The position numbers and the translations under genes are program-made. Below, one piece after another: positions 60,387 to 64,000 of a DNA stretch of 64,000 nucleotides. The notes under the pieces are model-generated. The model worked only from the letters and a program-made list of their open reading frames with translations. It searched no databases and was not told the DNA's origin. The DNA is from Curvularia clavata (Eukaryota). Numbering within the stretch: position 1 is the stretch's first letter; each line of letters starts with the position of its first letter. The stretch is taken from contig CP089278.1 in the NCBI GenBank assembly GCA_023920165.1, forward strand, positions 3,038,001 to 3,102,000, read 5' to 3'.

Positions 60387-61813
60387 TTACCAATCATCAA
60401 TCATGTCATTAAATTCCTCGCTCTCAACATCCAGTACCTTCCTCGCCGCCTCGCTCCCACTTACTGGCAACATTTCCAGCCCGTCGTCGCCGCCATCTTC
60501 ATCGTCCTCGTCCTCATCATTACCATTGGCCTTGGCCTTGCTTTTACCCTTTCCTTTGAATTCTTTAGGCACCTCCTCTGGATCCAACAAGCCGACCTGG
60601 AACAGTACACTAGCCTGATCCCAATACATTCTCTCGCTCCAGATCTTGCCAGCGCGGAAGCCTACTATGCTCACGACGACGATTTCAACCTTCTCGTTTG
60701 TGGGAGGGACGCCGGGAAGGATCCACGGCATCTGGCAAGTGTGTTTGAAGTTGAAGTAGATTTCGTCGACGATGCGGTCGACACCTATGGTGCGGGATAT
60801 GAGGCGCATGTGGAGGGATGGCGGACAGCTCCTGAGGAAGTATTCGCGGTAGAAGCGCTTGAGGTCGGGGATGCCGCTGGCGCCCGTCATAGTGGGAGTA
60901 AAATTCACTGATGGCTTTGGGCTGCGCGTGTACGTTTCTAGAAGTTTTTCGACGGATCGGGTGTGGTATTTTTCTATTTGTTGTCAGCTCTTGGGTACTG
61001 GTATGTACGGGAGTATATGGAAAGACGTGCGTTCTTCATTCTGTTCCAGCACTCGCTCCAAGTCAACTTCAGCGACGAAGCCCTTCCTGACTGTGCTCAA
61101 ACTTCGGCTCCATGCGAGCGCATCGGCGACCGCGTCATACTCGGGCAAATCATGTTCTGCGAAACCGGCATCCACGCCTTCGTATGTGAAGCAAGGGTAC
61201 AGAATCTTGTCCTGTAGGCCTCCAACACCAATACCCGGCGTGACTCGCTTCTGTACTGTCTTCCGCTTTCCTTGTATACCGAGGACTTCTGGGCGACGGA
61301 CTACGCCCACCGTACAATCGTTTCCGGATGTGCCTTCCGCCAGATGGACCAGGACGCGGAAGGAGGATGTGAAGCGGTGTCGCGTGTCTGGGATCGAGGT
61401 CGGGTAGTACGCAATGAGGGAACATAGCTTCGAGGTCGCGGCTCTGGCCTCAGAAAAGACATCTAGACACACGGCGGCTGCGTCTCCGAAAGCTGAGCAT
61501 TTTGGCGTCAGGGATTCTCGTCTCAATGTGTAGCCAGTAGGCGCTGGTAGTGCGCGGGAGTAGGAAAGGGCCGTATACCTACGATGGCGTAACGCTCCCC
61601 AATACCCATATTCTCGCCCAGCTTGTGGAGCATCTGCACATATTGTTTCCCACCCTTGCCCATGGGAATGTATTCAACGATGAAGCCCTCGTCGCGCCAT
61701 GCCTTCAGTGTCTCGATGTCGAACTCGGCGTCTTCGGCGGTAATGTAGAGCAGAGGCGTACTGCTCCTAAAGGACAGCCAGCCATTGTGGTCGGCAAGGA
61801 ATTGTTGAGCCAT
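60387..61813 (-). CDS. Dienelactone hydrolase-like / SnoaL (NTF2-like) fusion protein; introns 61493-61578 and 60974-61030 (GC-AG)
   Basis: LIAYYP, YEGVDAGFAEHD..YDAVADALAWSRSL, PTMTGASG..LKRFYREYF, ISRTIGVDRIVDE, MPWILPGVPPT and ERMYWDQASVLFQVGLL. Confidence 0.85.
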
Positions 61814-62776
61814 GTCGTAGTGGTATGTGGTGGTTTAGAAAAGCATTCGGATCAGCTGTCGCAGTCACGCCAGGATTATTGCAGCTCCACTATTCGTAGG
61901 TAGGGCTTGCCCAGTTCTGCAAGGCGACCGAGTTGTGCCTTTTTGGGGGCGGAAAGAAACTGAAGGCTTTCTCAGCATGCAATGGCGCACAAGTTCGGAC
62001 TTATTTGATGGCGCATTTTCGGCCTGGGCACACATGAAACCCTGCTTCACTGGTTTCGAGACGGGGTGGAGTGGAGGCGTGCGCGCGCGTCCTCGTCGTG
62101 CTGGTGCATGACGTAGGTAACCGAGGAAGTGCGGCCCTCAGGTTTAGCTAGGCACGGGTTGCCGACAACACCATTGAAAGTAGCCCAACTTTCTCCAAAC
62201 GCTAGTGTGTACATGTTTACCCTAAAACTACATGTACACACATAGCTTACGTGCTTCCAATATATATGTGTATGTATATGTATATTTAGCTCATTCACAG
62301 AGAAGATTTGTCTCTTACCAAAAATGGAGTATTGCCTTCCGAGATCGGAAAGAATTTCTGAGACAAGAGCTACCCAAGCATATACTTATAGGACAGGGTT
62401 ACGACGCATATGTACCCGACCGGAGAGCCCGACTTTCAATCCTGAATCGTGAATAGAGATCTTAGGATAGCAGCCGCCGCATCCGGCTCGCAACCCATCC
62501 ACTCTGTTGACAAAAACACCGGGACTGCGTGCCACCAAAATCAAAGAGGAATATTGATCGTATCTGTGTCGGAGTATCTATAAGTATATTTCACTAATAT
62601 GACAAGTGTTTTTGGGGACTCTTGCGGTGTTGTGGTGGGCTACGCCATTTCAGAGTCCCGATATTTTTGTCCACATGGTGCCATCCCCACAATTCAGGTA
62701 CCGCGCGAGTCAGGTATCGACTGGATCAAGACCCAGGATCGACATATATTAAGGGATGCTGGTAGGGATCTTGATA

Positions 62777-64000
62777 TCACCAAGCCGTCTGGGTAGCTTC
62801 ATTATGCTGATTTTCCTCATTGTAGAAGCCAAGGTTCATCCGCATAGCACGCAATATCTGTGTACATTGTCAGCTGGGGTTTCTCCTGAAGCCTGGATTA
62901 CGAACGCCTTTACAAGCTCTCCTTTGCTTTGCGTCTGGTATCTCCTTGATCTCCTTGGCCTTCATATCCAGCCATTCCTCTGGCGTGCGATCAAAGTAAT
63001 GATTCAGTTGCTCCGAGTAGATGTCCCCGGTATCATCTTCGATTGGATTAAAGAAGTCGTAGCCGAATACCTTAACGTTCATGGAATTTTCCCGGAATTT
63101 GTAGAAGAAGGGTCTAGTGACTTCGAGAACCTCAAACAACCTCACTCGATATTGCATCCACGTAGAGAGATAGATGATGATTTTAATGCTTCGATCGTCT
63201 TTGAGCGTCAGAAGAGCATCCAAGCTATCTCTCCAGGCTGCTTCTGCGAAGCTTTCGATGAAACCAAAGCTATCGCAGCCTACAGTGATGGTCAAGCAGT
63301 TGATGAACCTTTTGAAGGGAAAATGCAAAGATCCGAAGCGGTCGCGATTTAGGTGGGCTCGGACACAACGGTGGTCAATTTCAGCAGCAGTCAAAGCCCT
63401 GACATATCTCAGTGCAAACTCTGCTGCAAATTCGGTACCAACAAGGCTTGGATTGGCGAATATTGGCACTGGAAGATCCGGCAAATGCACGGCAGGTTGG
63501 TTCTGATATCGAATACCGGCGGGAACGGATGACATGACCTTATCGACGCATTTGATATCATGACTACTCCAGAGCAGATCGTAGCTACAAGTATTGCATT
63601 AGCAATGTTTACTGTATGCATGAATGTAGGTATTGCTAATTTTCAGATGAAAGGCCCTGCCGCTATACGCTCAGGGCGACGGAAGGCAATGACGCACATG
63701 TAATCGCGAAGCTCGCGTGGGAGTGTCGAGAGAATAGGTTGCACTAAAGCTGGGCACAATTGTATTTCTGAGCATTTTGTGGCAATGTCATCTAGTTGTC
63801 TGCGGAGAATCAGCCATTTCTTAAATCAAATGCTATGGAATTGAGCATACTTGTCAATTGCTCTCAGCTCCATTTCGAGCCGTGTATGCGTGAATCCTCC
63901 ACTCATCATTAGCTGGCCTTCCTGAGCCATGGACACTAATCCGTCGGCCTCGTTTGGAATCAATGTGGAAGCTCTGTCAATAGATTCATTATCGATATTT
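62777..64000 (-). CDS. Hypothetical protein with F-box-like motif (5' end may lie at 63930 or beyond the window); introns 63800-63850, 63585-63697, 62858-62905
   Basis: The spliced frame gives ILSTLPRELRDYIYDLLW, an F-box-like signature, continuing into ORF 62870-63535. All three introns have GT, CTGAY/CTAAT and AG signals. Confidence 0.6.

Overview
Eukaryotic, intron-containing fungal genomic DNA (filamentous ascomycete; gene style suggests Dothideomycetes/Pleosporales, by inference). It holds about 22 protein-coding genes, one intron-containing tRNA-Gly(GCC), and no CRISPR array or intact transposon. Conserved genes: a cytochrome b5-like heme/steroid-binding protein, GTR2 (RagC/D), SWC5, a QDE-1-type RNA-dependent RNA polymerase, TCTP, SUR2, a vWA protein, a BTB-like protein, LEU2, an AA11-type LPMO, carboxypeptidase Y, SDO1/SBDS, RPS18 and a dienelactone hydrolase-SnoaL fusion. 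Four things stand out. (1) A roughly 300-nt multi-helix structured RNA candidate at 25.0-25.3 kb with a B-box, an Sm-like site and a T-run, matching no snRNA, SRP, RNase P/MRP or snoRNA that I can recognise. (2) An accessory-looking pair at 41-47 kb: an OTT_1508-like zinc deaminase fused to a MYND finger and a triple-repeat domain, next to a HET-domain gene. (3) A long G-U-rich fold inside RPS18 intron 2. (4) A possible long, alternatively accepted first intron in GTR2. All gene models and base pairings were read by eye and need computational confirmation.
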